Below, piece by piece: positions 34,324 through 44,067 of a stretch of DNA of 64,000 nt; position 1 is the first letter of the stretch; each line of letters opens with the position of its first letter. The position numbers and the translations under genes are program-made. The DNA comes from an uncultured Chloroflexia bacterium. GTDB taxonomy: Bacteria; Chloroflexota; Limnocylindria; Limnocylindrales; CSP1-4. The stretch is taken from NCBI GenBank assembly GCA_963746845.1, contig CAVVCZ010000006.1, forward strand, positions 1 to 64,000, written 5' to 3'. The notes under the pieces are model-generated. The model was not told the origin of the DNA. It saw nothing but the letters and a program-made list of their open reading frames with translations, and made no database searches.

Positions 34324-35313
34324 TTATTTATTGAGCGAATCGAAAAAGCCGCTCTTTTCCAGTTGATCGACAATCGAAAAGTCGACGAACTGTTCGGGTT
34401 TTGGCAGCGGCTTTTTCCCGGCAAATTGGTTCTCAATCATAAACTGAACCGCTTTGAGCGACGGGCGCGGTGTTTTCTGCAACGTCGGCGCGTAGTCTTG
34501 CCAGGTGCCTTCCAAGATTTCCTCGTCATTGATCTTGCCGTACTTGGCCAAAACTTTTTTGCTGTATTCTTTATCCGTGCGATAGCGCTGCATGCCGCGC
34601 GTGAAGGCGCGCATGAAGCGCAGCGCCGTGTCGCGTTGCTGGGCGACGAAAGCGCGCGTCGTCATCACGGTGCCGTTGATGTCCTCGACACCGAGATCGG
34701 CGAAATTGACCAGCTCGCGCATGCCGCTTTTTATCGCCTTTGGATAGAGTGGATAGCTGAGCGCGGCGACCTGCACGATGCCGTTCATCAACGCAGCGAA
34801 CGCCTCCGGTTGCGCGCCGAAGGTGAGCAGCGCGACATCTTTGCTGGGGTCGAGATTGAACTGCTTGAACGCGATGCGCATGACTTGATCGGAAGTCGAG
34901 CCGAAAGTTGTGATGCCGGCTTTTTTGCCTTTCAAGTCGGACGGCTGCTTGATCTCCGGGCGCGCGATTAGACGGAAGGGCGAGACCGTACCCGTAGAAC
35001 CGATGATCACGACGTCGGCGCCGGCGACGTTGGCGGTGAGCGCCGCAATGGCGCCGGCCTGAATGATCGGCGCGCTGCCGCCAAGCATCGCCGCAACCAT
35101 TCGGCTGCTGCCGCCGACGCGGACGAGTTCGACGTCGAGCCCTTCGGCACTGAAGTATCCGGCTTCCTTGGCGATCCACGCCGTCGCCCAGCTGCCGGCG
35201 AAGCTCGGGTAGAGCAAGCGCATGGGTGTCAGAGTTGTCGCGCAGAATACCGGGTTCGTTAGGCCGCCGATACTTAGGAGCAGGGCAACCAGCGCAATTC
35301 TTGTAACGAACAT
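34324..35313 (-). CDS. ABC substrate-binding protein, NMT1/SsuA-like
   Basis: WIAKEAGYF, GLDVELV, DLKGKKAG, DFSIVDQLEKSGF. Confidence 0.88.
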   Translation of the reverse strand: MFVTRIALVALLLSIGGLTNPVFCATTLTPMRLLYPSFAGSWATAWIAKEAGYFSAEGLDVELVRVGGSSRMVAAMLGGSAPIIQAGAIAALTANVAGADVVIIGSTGTVSPFRLIARPEIKQPSDLKGKKAGITTFGSTSDQVMRIAFKQFNLDPSKDVALLTFGAQPEAFAALMNGIVQVAALSYPLYPKAIKSGMRELVNFADLGVEDINGTVMTTRAFVAQQRDTALRFMRAFTRGMQRYRTDKEYSKKVLAKYGKINDEEILEGTWQDYAPTLQKTPRPSLKAVQFMIENQFAGKKPLPKPEQFVDFSIVDQLEKSGFFDSLNK

Positions 35314-35457
35314 GGCTCCTCCTGGATTTGTTTACTCTTGGCGTTGGCTTCTTTGGCCAACCCATTGTAGAGATTGTCTCGATTACGACGATGCAGCGCG
35401 ACGATACCTCAAAGACGATGTTGAATAAAAGCGCCAGCGGCGGAAATTGCCGCGCCG

Positions 35458-36648
35458 ATGGCCGCATCCGGCGCGTCATTTGGGCGACAGGTCGCGCCGG
35501 TATTTTTTCTCGCGGCGATCTTTTTACTCAACTTCATCGCGCGGGTGATTCTCTCGCCGCTGTTGCCGACGATTGAAAAGGAGCTGGCGATCGGCCACGG
35601 CCAGGCGGGCTTTTTTTTCTTCTTGATCTCCGCCGGTTATCTCTCGGGTTTGCTCGGTTCGGGATTTCTCTCGTCGCGCACCAGCCATCGGCAGACGATT
35701 CTCCTCTCCGGCACCGGTGTCGGACTGGCGCTGTTCCTGCTCTCCGGCTCGACCAGCCTGTGGGCGATGCGGCTCGGGTTATACGCCTTGGGATTGGCCG
35801 CCGGGCTTTACATGCCGTCGGCGATCGCGACGATCACCGCGCTGGTCGATCAACGCCATTGGGGCAAAGCGATCGCGATTCACGAGCTGGCGCCCAATCT
35901 GGCGTTTTTCACCGGTCCGTTCGTTGCTGAACTATTTCTCCGCCACTCGACTTGGCGCGCCGCGCTGGGGGTGTTGGGGTGCGCCTCGGTGCTGATCACC
36001 ATGAGCTACTATCGTTATGGGCAGGGCGGCCGATTCGCCGGCGAATCGCCGGCGTCGAACGCCTTCGGTGCGCTGGTGCGGACGTCGGCGTTTTGGATCA
36101 TGTTGATTCTCTTCGGCCTGGGCGTCAGTTCGACCGTCGGGATTTATGCCATGTTGCCGCTCTATCTGGTCAGCGATCGCCATGTCGAGGCGAGCTGGGC
36201 GAATACGGTGACGGCCTTGTCGCGTTCCTACGGGCCGGTGTTCGGCATGCTCGGCGGCTGGGCCTCGGACCGGCTCGGGCCGAAGCGGACCATGGTGGTG
36301 AGTTTGATCGTCACCGGCGCTTTGACTTTGCTTTTGGGTTTCGTCGCCGACAGTTGGATCAGTGCCGTGGTGATCATCCAACCGGCCCTCGCCGTGTGGT
36401 TTTTCCCGGCCGGCTTCGCGGCACTAGCAGTGATCGCGCCGCCACAAGCGCGCAATCTCGCGGTCGGCTTCACCATTCCGTTTGGCTATTTGATCGGCGG
36501 CGGGGCGATCCCGACGTTTATCGGCATGATGGGCGACGCCGGACTGTTTGCGCTGGGCTTCACAATCACCGGGCTCTTGATCACTGGCGCCGGCGTTCTC
36601 GCGATGTCGCTCAAGCTGCCGCGCACGATCCAAGGCGGAGCCCACTAG
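35458..36648 (+). CDS. MFS transporter
   Basis: About 12 hydrophobic segments, GWASDRLGPKR. Confidence 0.88.
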   Translation: MAASGASFGRQVAPVFFLAAIFLLNFIARVILSPLLPTIEKELAIGHGQAGFFFFLISAGYLSGLLGSGFLSSRTSHRQTILLSGTGVGLALFLLSGSTSLWAMRLGLYALGLAAGLYMPSAIATITALVDQRHWGKAIAIHELAPNLAFFTGPFVAELFLRHSTWRAALGVLGCASVLITMSYYRYGQGGRFAGESPASNAFGALVRTSAFWIMLILFGLGVSSTVGIYAMLPLYLVSDRHVEASWANTVTALSRSYGPVFGMLGGWASDRLGPKRTMVVSLIVTGALTLLLGFVADSWISAVVIIQPALAVWFFPAGFAALAVIAPPQARNLAVGFTIPFGYLIGGGAIPTFIGMMGDAGLFALGFTITGLLITGAGVLAMSLKLPRTIQGGAH

Positions 36649-36692
36649 TTTTCGGTTGTCAGCGGCGCACCGGCTGTTCTATAAACCGTCAT

Positions 36693-37444
36693 ATGAAGCT
36701 GGACGAGTTCGCTGCGAGGATTCGCGAGAGCGATGAGATCGTGGTTTTTACCGGGGCGGGGATCAGCACCGAGTCCGGCATCCCGGACTTTCGCAGCCCC
36801 GGCGGCATCTGGACGCGCTATCGGCCGGTGACGTTTCAAGAATACATGACCAGCGAGTCGGCGCGCATCGAAGCGTGGAAGCGCCGCCTCGACGGCTGGG
36901 AACAATATAAAAATGCCAAACCCAACGTCGGCCATCATTTTATCCAGGCGCTTAGCTTGAAAGAAAAATTGATCGGCCTGATCACCCAAAATGTCGATGG
37001 CCTGCACAGCATGGCCGGCCTCGCCGACGACAAGATCGTCGAGCTGCACGGCTCGAACCGCAAGATTCTTTGCATGAGCTGCGCCAAGGAATTCGCACCG
37101 GAACCGATCATCAACAGTTTAGTCGGCGATTTCGTCTCGCCCAAGTGCGACAGCTGCGGCGGCATCCTCAAGTCGGCAACGGTGTCCTTCGGCCAAGCGA
37201 TGCCCGAGCAGGCGATGCGTGTAGCACAGGAATGGACCGAGCAAGCGGAAGTTTTCATCGTCATGGGCTCATCATTACAAGTGCAGCCCGCGGCGTCGTT
37301 TCCCGTCATGGCGAAACGCAATGGCGCGCTGTTGGCGATTATCAACCGTGAAGCAGGGCCGCTCGATGACTGGCGGATTTCGTTCACAACGGCGCGATCG
37401 GCGAGTTCTGCGGCAAATTCGGCGAGATGATCGCCGATGGGTGA
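36693..37444 (+). CDS. cobB: Sir2-family NAD-dependent deacylase (frameshift ~37372)
   Basis: TGAGISTESGIPDFR, TQNVDGLH, ELHGS, CxxC...CxxC, GSSLQVQPAA. Confidence 0.92.
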
Positions 37445-37645
37445 CGCGGATTCGGAATGTTGGCCGCAAAGAACACAAAGGGCGCAAAAGTTCGGAACTG
37501 TACGAGTAAATTCACCTCCGAATTTGGCGCACGAAAATTTGCGCAAGCTCGGCAAATAGTAATGTATCCGAAATCCGATCGGAAGTATTTCAGAACCTTC
37601 GTGGTGATAACGACCGAGACTTCCTGGCGACGAAAGGGCAAATTT

Positions 37646-38650
37646 ATGGCTGACTGGAAAATGATCGATGCCGATGGGCATATTCGCGAGGTCGAGAGCG
37701 ATGTCTACGAGTATCTGCCGGATTACTACAAAGCGCGGCGCGAGGCGGTGATGTATTTCCCGTTGCTGCCGCATCATGGCTGGCACCGGCAGGCGGGCCG
37801 GGCGGGGATCGGCGCGTCATTCTTGATCCCCACGTTGCAGGATTGGCAGCAGGCGTTGGATCTCGGAGGGCTCGAAGCGGCGGTGGTTTATCCGACCCGC
37901 TTCATGCATATCGGCCAGGTCGGCATGGCCGACTTCGCGGTGGATTTGAGCAGGGCTTACAACGACTATCTGCACGATCGCTTCCTGCGCCACGAGCCGC
38001 GCTTGAAAGGCATCGCGATTTTGCCGATGCAAGATGTGCCAGCGGCCGTCGCCGAGCTGCGCCGGGTCGTCAAAGACTACGGCATGGTCGGTGCGGTGTT
38101 GCCGGCCGACGGCCTGCCGCGGCCATTGGGCCACCCGGAGTTTCATCCAGTCTACGAAGAGGCCAATCGCTTGGGCTGCATGCTCGCCGTGCATTCGCAG
38201 AATTCATTGCGCAACAATGATTTGTTCATGTGGCGCGGCGAGGCGGCGACGCTGGCCCATGTCTGGCCGCAGATGCGCCAGTTCACCAACTTCATGTTTT
38301 CCGGAATCCTCGGCCGGTTGCCGGATTTGAAAATTGCTTTCTTGGAAGCCGGCTGCGGCTGGGTGCCTTACTTGATGAGTAAAATGGGCAACCGCATGGG
38401 CGAGGCGCCGCCGCCGGCGAAGCTGATCGAGCGCGGGCAGATTTATTTTCAATGCGGCGAAGAGATGACGACCGGGCGGGATTTGGAATTGCTCGGCGAC
38501 GAGTGCTTGTTCTGGGCCTCGGACTTTCCTCATGAAGGTATCGTCAGCATGAAGAAAGCCGTCGACGAGTTTCTCGAGCGCGACGATATCCCGACGGCAG
38601 CGAAGCGCAAGATCAGTTACGACAATCCGAAAAGACTTTACGCGCTCTAA
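37646..38650 (+). CDS. amidohydrolase_2 family protein
   Basis: IDADGH, FLEAGCGW, WASDFPH, DNPKRLY. Confidence 0.88.
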   Translation: MADWKMIDADGHIREVESDVYEYLPDYYKARREAVMYFPLLPHHGWHRQAGRAGIGASFLIPTLQDWQQALDLGGLEAAVVYPTRFMHIGQVGMADFAVDLSRAYNDYLHDRFLRHEPRLKGIAILPMQDVPAAVAELRRVVKDYGMVGAVLPADGLPRPLGHPEFHPVYEEANRLGCMLAVHSQNSLRNNDLFMWRGEAATLAHVWPQMRQFTNFMFSGILGRLPDLKIAFLEAGCGWVPYLMSKMGNRMGEAPPPAKLIERGQIYFQCGEEMTTGRDLELLGDECLFWASDFPHEGIVSMKKAVDEFLERDDIPTAAKRKISYDNPKRLYAL

Positions 38651-38656
38651 CGAGCG

Positions 38657-38760
38657 CGTTCCAATCGTTCCAAAGGTTCCAGCAGTTCCAAGTCGTTTGG
38701 AGACTTCAGCAGTTTCCCGAACGATTGGAACCGCTTGGAACATTTGGAACTTTTGGAACG
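38657..38760. repeat. inverted array of 9-mer gttccaNNN units between convergent genes
   Basis: gttccaatc gttccaaag gttccagca gttccaagt ... attggaac cgcttggaac atttggaac ttttggaac. Confidence 0.85.
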
Positions 38761-38769
38761 AATCGCGGC

Positions 38770-39161
38770 CTAGGTGCTGTCACGAATTCTTGCTGGACTT
38801 TTTGCCGGACATCTTTGCGCGTGACGTAGTCGATGATCTGGATATTTTCCGACGGGCCGGAGCGGTTGCCCATCATGATCATCGGTTTGTCGCTGGCATT
38901 TTCCAACTGATAGAACGAGCCGCCGGTGATGGTGGCGGCCATGCCGGGAGTGAGCACGGCTGTGCCGCCGTCGGGGAAGCGCATGGTGCACTCGCCGTCG
39001 ATGACGTAGAAAGTCTGGTCGGCGTTGTGGCAGTGCATGTCGTCTTTGTGACCGGGTTTGTAATAGTGCATCCAGGCGTGGAAGCGCGGCGTGTTGAAAA
39101 TTTCTTTGCGCTTTTTTTCCTGATGGGCGAAATCGACCATGTCGATGACTTCGATGGGCAT
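38770..39161 (-). CDS. cupin domain protein (probable homopolymer frameshift near 38800)
   Basis: MHCHNADQTFYVIDG cupin motif 1; alternative frame ends SPARIRDST* at 38770, before the repeat. Confidence 0.8.
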
Positions 39162-39190
39162 TGGCGTGTCCTCCTGTTTTGGGTTTTGGA

Positions 39191-39571
39191 TTAGAGTACT
39201 GCGATCACTTCGATCTGAAACAAATTGTCGCCGCGCAGATCGATTTTGACGGCGTGGCGCGCCGGGCGGTCATGTTCATCGGGAAACATTTTGAGCCATG
39301 CTTTGTTGACCGAATCGCGCAGCTTTTCTTCTTTCAAATAGACCTTCATGTAGGCGATCTGGTCCGGCGTTCCTCCCGCGGTTTCCATAAACAGACGAAG
39401 GTTTCGGAACATCGCTTCGGCCTGCTCGTCGGCATCCGTCGACAGCACGCCGGTCTTGGCGTCCTTGCCGGACAGCGCCGAGGAGAAAACCATGTTGCCG
39501 ATCACCACGCCGTTGGGGATCGGCGCGCCATGTTCCATGCCGGGAATATGAATGCTTTTGCGTTTTGCCAT
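39191..39571 (-). CDS. RidA/YjgF family protein
   Basis: HGAPIP, FPDEHDRPARH, QIEVIAV. Confidence 0.88.
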   Translation of the reverse strand: MAKRKSIHIPGMEHGAPIPNGVVIGNMVFSSALSGKDAKTGVLSTDADEQAEAMFRNLRLFMETAGGTPDQIAYMKVYLKEEKLRDSVNKAWLKMFPDEHDRPARHAVKIDLRGDNLFQIEVIAVL

Positions 39572-39716
39572 ACTTCACCTCCTTGTCCGACTCGTTGCCT
39601 TTCTCATAGCACGGCGCCGAATGTTGGTCTACCGCGCCAAGTGTTCACTGGCGCTGTGAAAAAATCGGTGCTATGGGAAAGACCAACCCTCTACACCCAA
39701 GCCGAAGGAGTCGCCC

Positions 39717-40380
39717 ATGGAAGCACTCGCGCAAATTGAAAATGGCCGGACGTTGACCGAACTCGAGGCCTACTTCAAAAAATACTCGGACATGCCGCGC
39801 GAGGTGGTGCTCAAGCATGACCTGTTGCGTGACGGCCATTGGTTCACCGATGCGGCGTTGGAGCTGGCGTCGGATGCGTTGGTCAAGTCCTACCGGCTGT
39901 TTTCCTACGATCTGATGCCGATGAAGGACATGAAGCGCAAGGAGCATCGCAAGATCACCGAGTGGTTCATGATGCGCGGCGGGCCCTATGGCTTGCGGCC
40001 GGTGACGGTGCAGACGACTTTGAATTCGGATTCGCCTTACCTGATCGATGCGGTCGATGGCAAGGCGAAGCTGTTTCTTCAAGGTAAGGAAATTTGCGAC
40101 GTGGCGTTTCCGCCGCCGTTGAAATATTACACGCGCAAGTTCGCCGACGGCACGGCCTATCACGAGATCATCGCCTACGGTTACTTCGTCACGGCGTTCC
40201 GCAATTGCCAATATTGGGGGCCGGATGAGGAGTGCCGCTTCTGCGATATCAATATCAATGCCCGGCAGATGAAAGATTCGCAAGACTTCACCTTCAATCC
40301 ACCGGTGAAGCCGCTGGACTACATGGTCGAAGTGGCGCGTTCCATCGAGCAGGACGCCACCGACGAGGTCGGCTACACGA
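39717..40380 (+). CDS. radical SAM protein, truncated shortly after the cluster motif
   Basis: CQYWGPDEECRFC (Cx8Cx2C); TIM-barrel remainder missing. Confidence 0.75.
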
Positions 40381-40740
40381 GGAGCCTTGGACCGCCGTCT
40401 TGAGGCAAGCAATCTCCGATCTTACCGGCTTGAGGCTTCGCATGGAATCAGCGTACCGCCCCGGTCAGCGCGCGGGGAAGGCACACCAGGCGCGATATTT
40501 TGCCCGCCTATGGTTTTTATCCGACAATCACCAACCATGCTCTTTCAAGTGAGTCTGCGATCATCTCGAACGTGATGCGCCATCGTTCCGCCGCCGGCTC
40601 TTTGAGATCGTCGACGGATCTCCGGAAGTCGCGGATAGAATACCGATTCAGCTTGAAGCTTTTTTGGCTGAGGAAGAAGAGGATAAGGAAAACGGCGCCC
40701 AGCCTACTTTACGCAGCCTGATGAGTAATCGAGGGCGTGT
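40381..40740 (+). pseudogene. fragment of a phage/ICE-type hypothetical protein
   Basis: Frame EPWTAVLRQAISDL...ARLWFLSD...SFK*VCDHL with an in-frame TGA and no start codon. Confidence 0.4.
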
Positions 40741-41233
40741 CGTTCGGAAGGTCGTCGATAAAATTTTCCGCTTCACGGTAGAGGATAAACCGATTGAATT
40801 TGCCAGCAACCCACATCATGAGGGCGACAAAGCCCGCCACAATGACAAGTATGGGTGAGTTAGATGTCATGATCCACATCCCGTCGCCGGCTGTCTTGTG
40901 CATCATGCGAACCAGCTCGCGAGACGCTTCGCGTCGAAACCTGTCGGCATTATGCTCGTGACCGCAACTTTGGTTGCGAATCATGAACCAGACAAAAGAA
41001 AGTAGGCTGATGGAGGGGACCACAGCCACGGTTTTGCAAATAAAACCTTCGACTTCGCGGTAGGAATACGACTCGTAATCTTCTTTACGATCGATCGCCA
41101 ACCGGCGCAACTCATCTCTCCGGGCAAACAACCGAAAGCGGACGGAGGTGATGAGCACCGGATGTACGACGTGCCAATAGAACGAGCTGACAATGCAGCA
41201 CGCAAAAAACGTCACAATTAAATGAACTGCCAT
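40709..41233 (-). CDS. hypothetical membrane protein
   Basis: 174-aa ORF with 2-3 hydrophobic segments, 2 bp from the upstream ORF. Confidence 0.7.
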   Translation of the reverse strand: MAVHLIVTFFACCIVSSFYWHVVHPVLITSVRFRLFARRDELRRLAIDRKEDYESYSYREVEGFICKTVAVVPSISLLSFVWFMIRNQSCGHEHNADRFRREASRELVRMMHKTAGDGMWIMTSNSPILVIVAGFVALMMWVAGKFNRFILYREAENFIDDLPNDTPSITHQAA

Positions 41234-41235
41234 CT

Positions 41236-41589
41236 TTATTCCCTCGGTCGCGTGAGCAACTGGATCTGTAGATTATCTCGTTCTTGGGCCACTCTCTTCA
41301 ACTCCTTTTCGTAAAACCGCATCAAAAGTTTAATCAACACAACTCCGGCAATCAGTTCTATGAGTGCCAATATCCAGCCCGTGATCGCCCAACTATTGGA
41401 TTCAACGAGAATCTTGACAATTTGAGGGACGTCTTTGGAGTCCGCTCTGATCATCGCTGTAATAAGAACCAGCCCGACTACGATGATCGAAAGATTTTTC
41501 GAGGTAAGAACCGGTTGTCCAGTGCGCTCGCTGGACTGCATAGGCCTAGCCGGCTGCGGTGTTTCCAAAGCCGTTGAGGCTATGCCCAT
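41236..41589 (-). CDS. hypothetical 2-TM protein with C-terminal coiled coil
   Basis: SIIVVGLVLITAMI and WAITGWILALIELIAGVVLI segments; probable operon with 40709-41233. Confidence 0.7.
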   Translation of the reverse strand: MGIASTALETPQPARPMQSSERTGQPVLTSKNLSIIVVGLVLITAMIRADSKDVPQIVKILVESNSWAITGWILALIELIAGVVLIKLLMRFYEKELKRVAQERDNLQIQLLTRPRE

Positions 41590-41699
41590 AGTACAGGTCC
41601 AGTGCGTAAGTCAACAGATATAAATTCGATGGGGCAATGTCAATGCTCTGTCGCTGCGGGGGCAAGCGTCCGGTCTTGGCCCCGAGATTGAAGTCCCTC

Positions 41700-42242
41700 T
41701 CATGTGGCCGCACGGATGCCCGTCATGCGTTCGCAGAACTCATCTGGTACTTTCGGGGAGGTAGCGACCATAAGGGTCAACATCCCCACAGCAAATAGAT
41801 ATCTGATTCGTGAAGAACTTTCGACCGGCTCGCTCGCCGCCTCGTGGCCGACTCCAGCGTCGACTATCTGGATCGCCGTGCACCAGTCGCTTACCGGCGA
41901 AGAATCGAACGTTGCGTCCCAGATGTGATGTGCAAAGTGATTCCGTACCTTGCGAACCAGGTCCATATCTCGAGCCAGGGGCTCGGTTATAATTCCAAGT
42001 GCCGCCGCTAACGAGATCTTAGCACCGAAAGAGCTTAACGCGCCTTGTCCGACGAACATAGTTTCGAGTCGAGTGCTCGGAATAAGGCAGCTCCGAATCG
42101 CTGCCTCCACAACTGCGTCGAGAAAGCCACCCGCGAGTACCGCCGCGGCGCGATCAGTCTCCTTGTGGAAGCGGCCCACAAACTCATTATAGGAGGAGGC
42201 GTCCAGTGATCGAATATTCGTTGCCTTTGTCATGTCATTCAT
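41700..42242 (-). CDS. MtlR-like / HEPN-superfamily protein
   Basis: ETDRAAAVLAGGFLD, LSSFGAKISLA, RKVRNHFAH (RxxxxH). Confidence 0.75.
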   Translation of the reverse strand: MNDMTKATNIRSLDASSYNEFVGRFHKETDRAAAVLAGGFLDAVVEAAIRSCLIPSTRLETMFVGQGALSSFGAKISLAAALGIITEPLARDMDLVRKVRNHFAHHIWDATFDSSPVSDWCTAIQIVDAGVGHEAASEPVESSSRIRYLFAVGMLTLMVATSPKVPDEFCERMTGIRAAT

Positions 42243-42331
42243 CCGCCCGGCTAATCAACGAACCAGCTCAAGCCATCGGCGCCGGCGTAGTAGGCACAGT
42301 CCCGAATCTTTTGCCCGTGGATCGCAAATTC

Positions 42332-42634
42332 TTATCGCCGCCGATAAGGCGATTTCGTTGTTTCCCGTTCAATAACTCGCTCAGTTTCCTCCCGCTCGCG
42401 CAGAAGTTCAGGGTAACAAGTGTCGACGATCAGCCGGGCGAGCTCCAGACCGATCAACTCGGCTACCTCGCGGTCCTCCAACTCGAAGTTGTGTACGTTC
42501 AGGGTGGTTAGCTCGACCACTGAATTGTCCGGGCGCTGATTCAAAACGCAAGCACCGGGCGTCGAGTTATTGCCGCCGGGATAGCCGGGAGTGGCATCGC
42601 CGGAAATCCAAAGGTCTTTGTATTGTTCCATCAT
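42332..42634 (-). CDS. hypothetical protein
   Basis: 100-aa ORF with protein-like composition. Confidence 0.55.
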   Translation of the reverse strand: MMEQYKDLWISGDATPGYPGGNNSTPGACVLNQRPDNSVVELTTLNVHNFELEDREVAELIGLELARLIVDTCYPELLREREETERVIERETTKSPYRRR

Positions 42635-42681
42635 GGCGCTGGATCTCGAGGCGTTCGTGCTTTTCGTATGCCTGCGCTACA

Positions 42682-42924
42682 TCAACGCGACTCTATTTTG
42701 AACCAGTCGAGCAGACCTATGAGAAGCCTCCGGCCTGTCTGATTGATAAGTGTAAAATACCCGACGATTATAAAAGACGTGATCTTTAGAACGATTCTCA
42801 AAAATCGACTTTTAATCTCGTCGATCAAGCCGTAAACAAGCACAAGAAGAGCGGCGAATACGAATGCAAAAAATTGCCAGCTCTCAGCACCGCGGATAAC
42901 ATCAATAGCGAGCTTTTCTGTCAT
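42682..42924 (-). CDS. small 2-TM hypothetical protein
   Basis: 80 aa, GGAG RBS, preceded by copy 1 of the 29-bp motif. Confidence 0.65.
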   Translation of the reverse strand: MTEKLAIDVIRGAESWQFFAFVFAALLVLVYGLIDEIKSRFLRIVLKITSFIIVGYFTLINQTGRRLLIGLLDWFKIESR

Positions 42925-43042
42925 TCAATGACTCCCTCAGGGCCTTCTACCGCACGGCACAGAGACAAAGCAACCAGAGCAACCGCTACTTGCTTTCTAT
43001 CTCAGACATCGGGTAGAAAATCCAAGTAAGAGACGGATCGCG

Positions 43043-43342
43043 ATGAAACTAAGTCAAAAAACATGGTGGCAACCGAGTTGGCGATATGAAACCGGTAACA
43101 GTGACCCCGTTCCGGCCGCAGTGGCTACCGAATACGGCATCTTGCGAAGGTGCTCGATTGTGGCGGGGAGCTTGATTATGAGTGTCGACTGCAAAGGCAA
43201 ATCCGTTCGCGGCCGTATTGGTCTCTCGGTTAATGCACCACTCTTGGACAGAGTTCTAGTCTTCCTTCGAGCCTACGAAGGCGACTCCATTGAATCAATC
43301 GAAAACCTTGAGATTGAAGAGAACCAGTTCGGTACTCCTTGA
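43043..43342 (+). CDS. hypothetical protein
   Basis: 99-aa ORF preceded by TTGCTT-18 nt-TAGAAA (42990-43019). Confidence 0.6.
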   Translation: MKLSQKTWWQPSWRYETGNSDPVPAAVATEYGILRRCSIVAGSLIMSVDCKGKSVRGRIGLSVNAPLLDRVLVFLRAYEGDSIESIENLEIEENQFGTP

Positions 43343-43360
43343 TTGAAAGATAGACAAGCA

Positions 43361-43386
43361 GGCGCCGAGCCCGAAGACCCGGCGCT
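43361..43386 (-). terminator. UUCG-loop hairpin ending duplicated module, copy A
   Basis: Minus strand gcgccgggtc TTCG ggctcggcgc; paralogs at 44157-44182 and a partial one at ~44681. Confidence 0.65.
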
Positions 43387-43392
43387 ACCAAG

Positions 43393-43611
43393 CTACTTGC
43401 GACGTTTCTTGACGAGTTTCTTCTTTCCGCGGCGCGTAAGGACTTCGAGTTGCTTAGCCCCCATATCCGCTAGGATAGAAGCAAAGGCCTTCGTGATCGG
43501 TGCCAGTAGCACTGCGCAGCCCAGTTTTTTGCTCCCGATCGCCCACTTCAGAAGTTCAATCAAATGACCGTTGAGCTGTACAAGTCGCGCGAGATTCACT
43601 GCGTCGCTCAT
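43393..43611 (-). CDS. 72-aa helical protein with basic tail, paralog A
   Basis: MSDAVNLARLVQLNGHLIELL...RGKKKLVKKRRK; same length as paralog B. Confidence 0.75.
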   Translation of the reverse strand: MSDAVNLARLVQLNGHLIELLKWAIGSKKLGCAVLLAPITKAFASILADMGAKQLEVLTRRGKKKLVKKRRK

Positions 43612-43691
43612 AAAATGGTTCCTTCCGCGCCGTTTCCGGCCAGAACAAAGAGGGCACCAAGGATCGCCAAGACTGAGAGGAAACTCTGCAT
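43608..43691 (-). CDS. 27-aa hydrophobic peptide MQSFLSVLAILGALFVLAGNGAEGTIL
   Basis: GAGAGGTG SD 6 nt before ATG; TGA overlaps the next ATG (ATGA coupling). Confidence 0.6.
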   Translation of the reverse strand: MQSFLSVLAILGALFVLAGNGAEGTIL

Positions 43692-43881
43692 CGTAGTCAC
43701 CTCTCGCGGAGCGTTCTTCTACCGCACGCCACAGAGATAAAGCAACCGGGAGCCTTCTCCTTTTTATGTCAGATTTCTGACACATAAATTATGGACCCGG
43801 ATCGTGGCGCCTCCCAATTTCTAATAGAATTTTACCTCGAAGCCGTTCGCACCGGCGCCGGCATCTGTTACCATTTTCTTT

Positions 43882-43965
43882 GTGAAGTTCTGGCAAATTA
43901 TCGTTTTTATCTTTGGCGTGGTTCTGCCTATTCTTTACATTGTCTATGTTTTGATCTTTGAATAG
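43882..43965 (+). CDS. 27-aa single-TM peptide 1 MKFWQIIVFIFGVVLPILYIVYVLIFE
   Basis: GTG 7 nt after TG-T-TACCAT; two paralogs nearby. Confidence 0.7.
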   Translation: MKFWQIIVFIFGVVLPILYIVYVLIFE

Positions 43966-44067
43966 AAACCGGACGCCGTATAACATGCGCTGCCTTCTAC
44001 CGCACGTCACAGAGATATAACAATTGGGCGCTAGTTGTACCCCCGAGGCAACTGTTACCATTCCTTT

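Noticed and set aside
43789-44061. ORF-track proteins 43789-44061 (-) and 44605-45033 (-)
   Set aside because: Their shared NIDN..NRQN text is the antisense shadow of the plus-strand TM peptides (and of the integrase)
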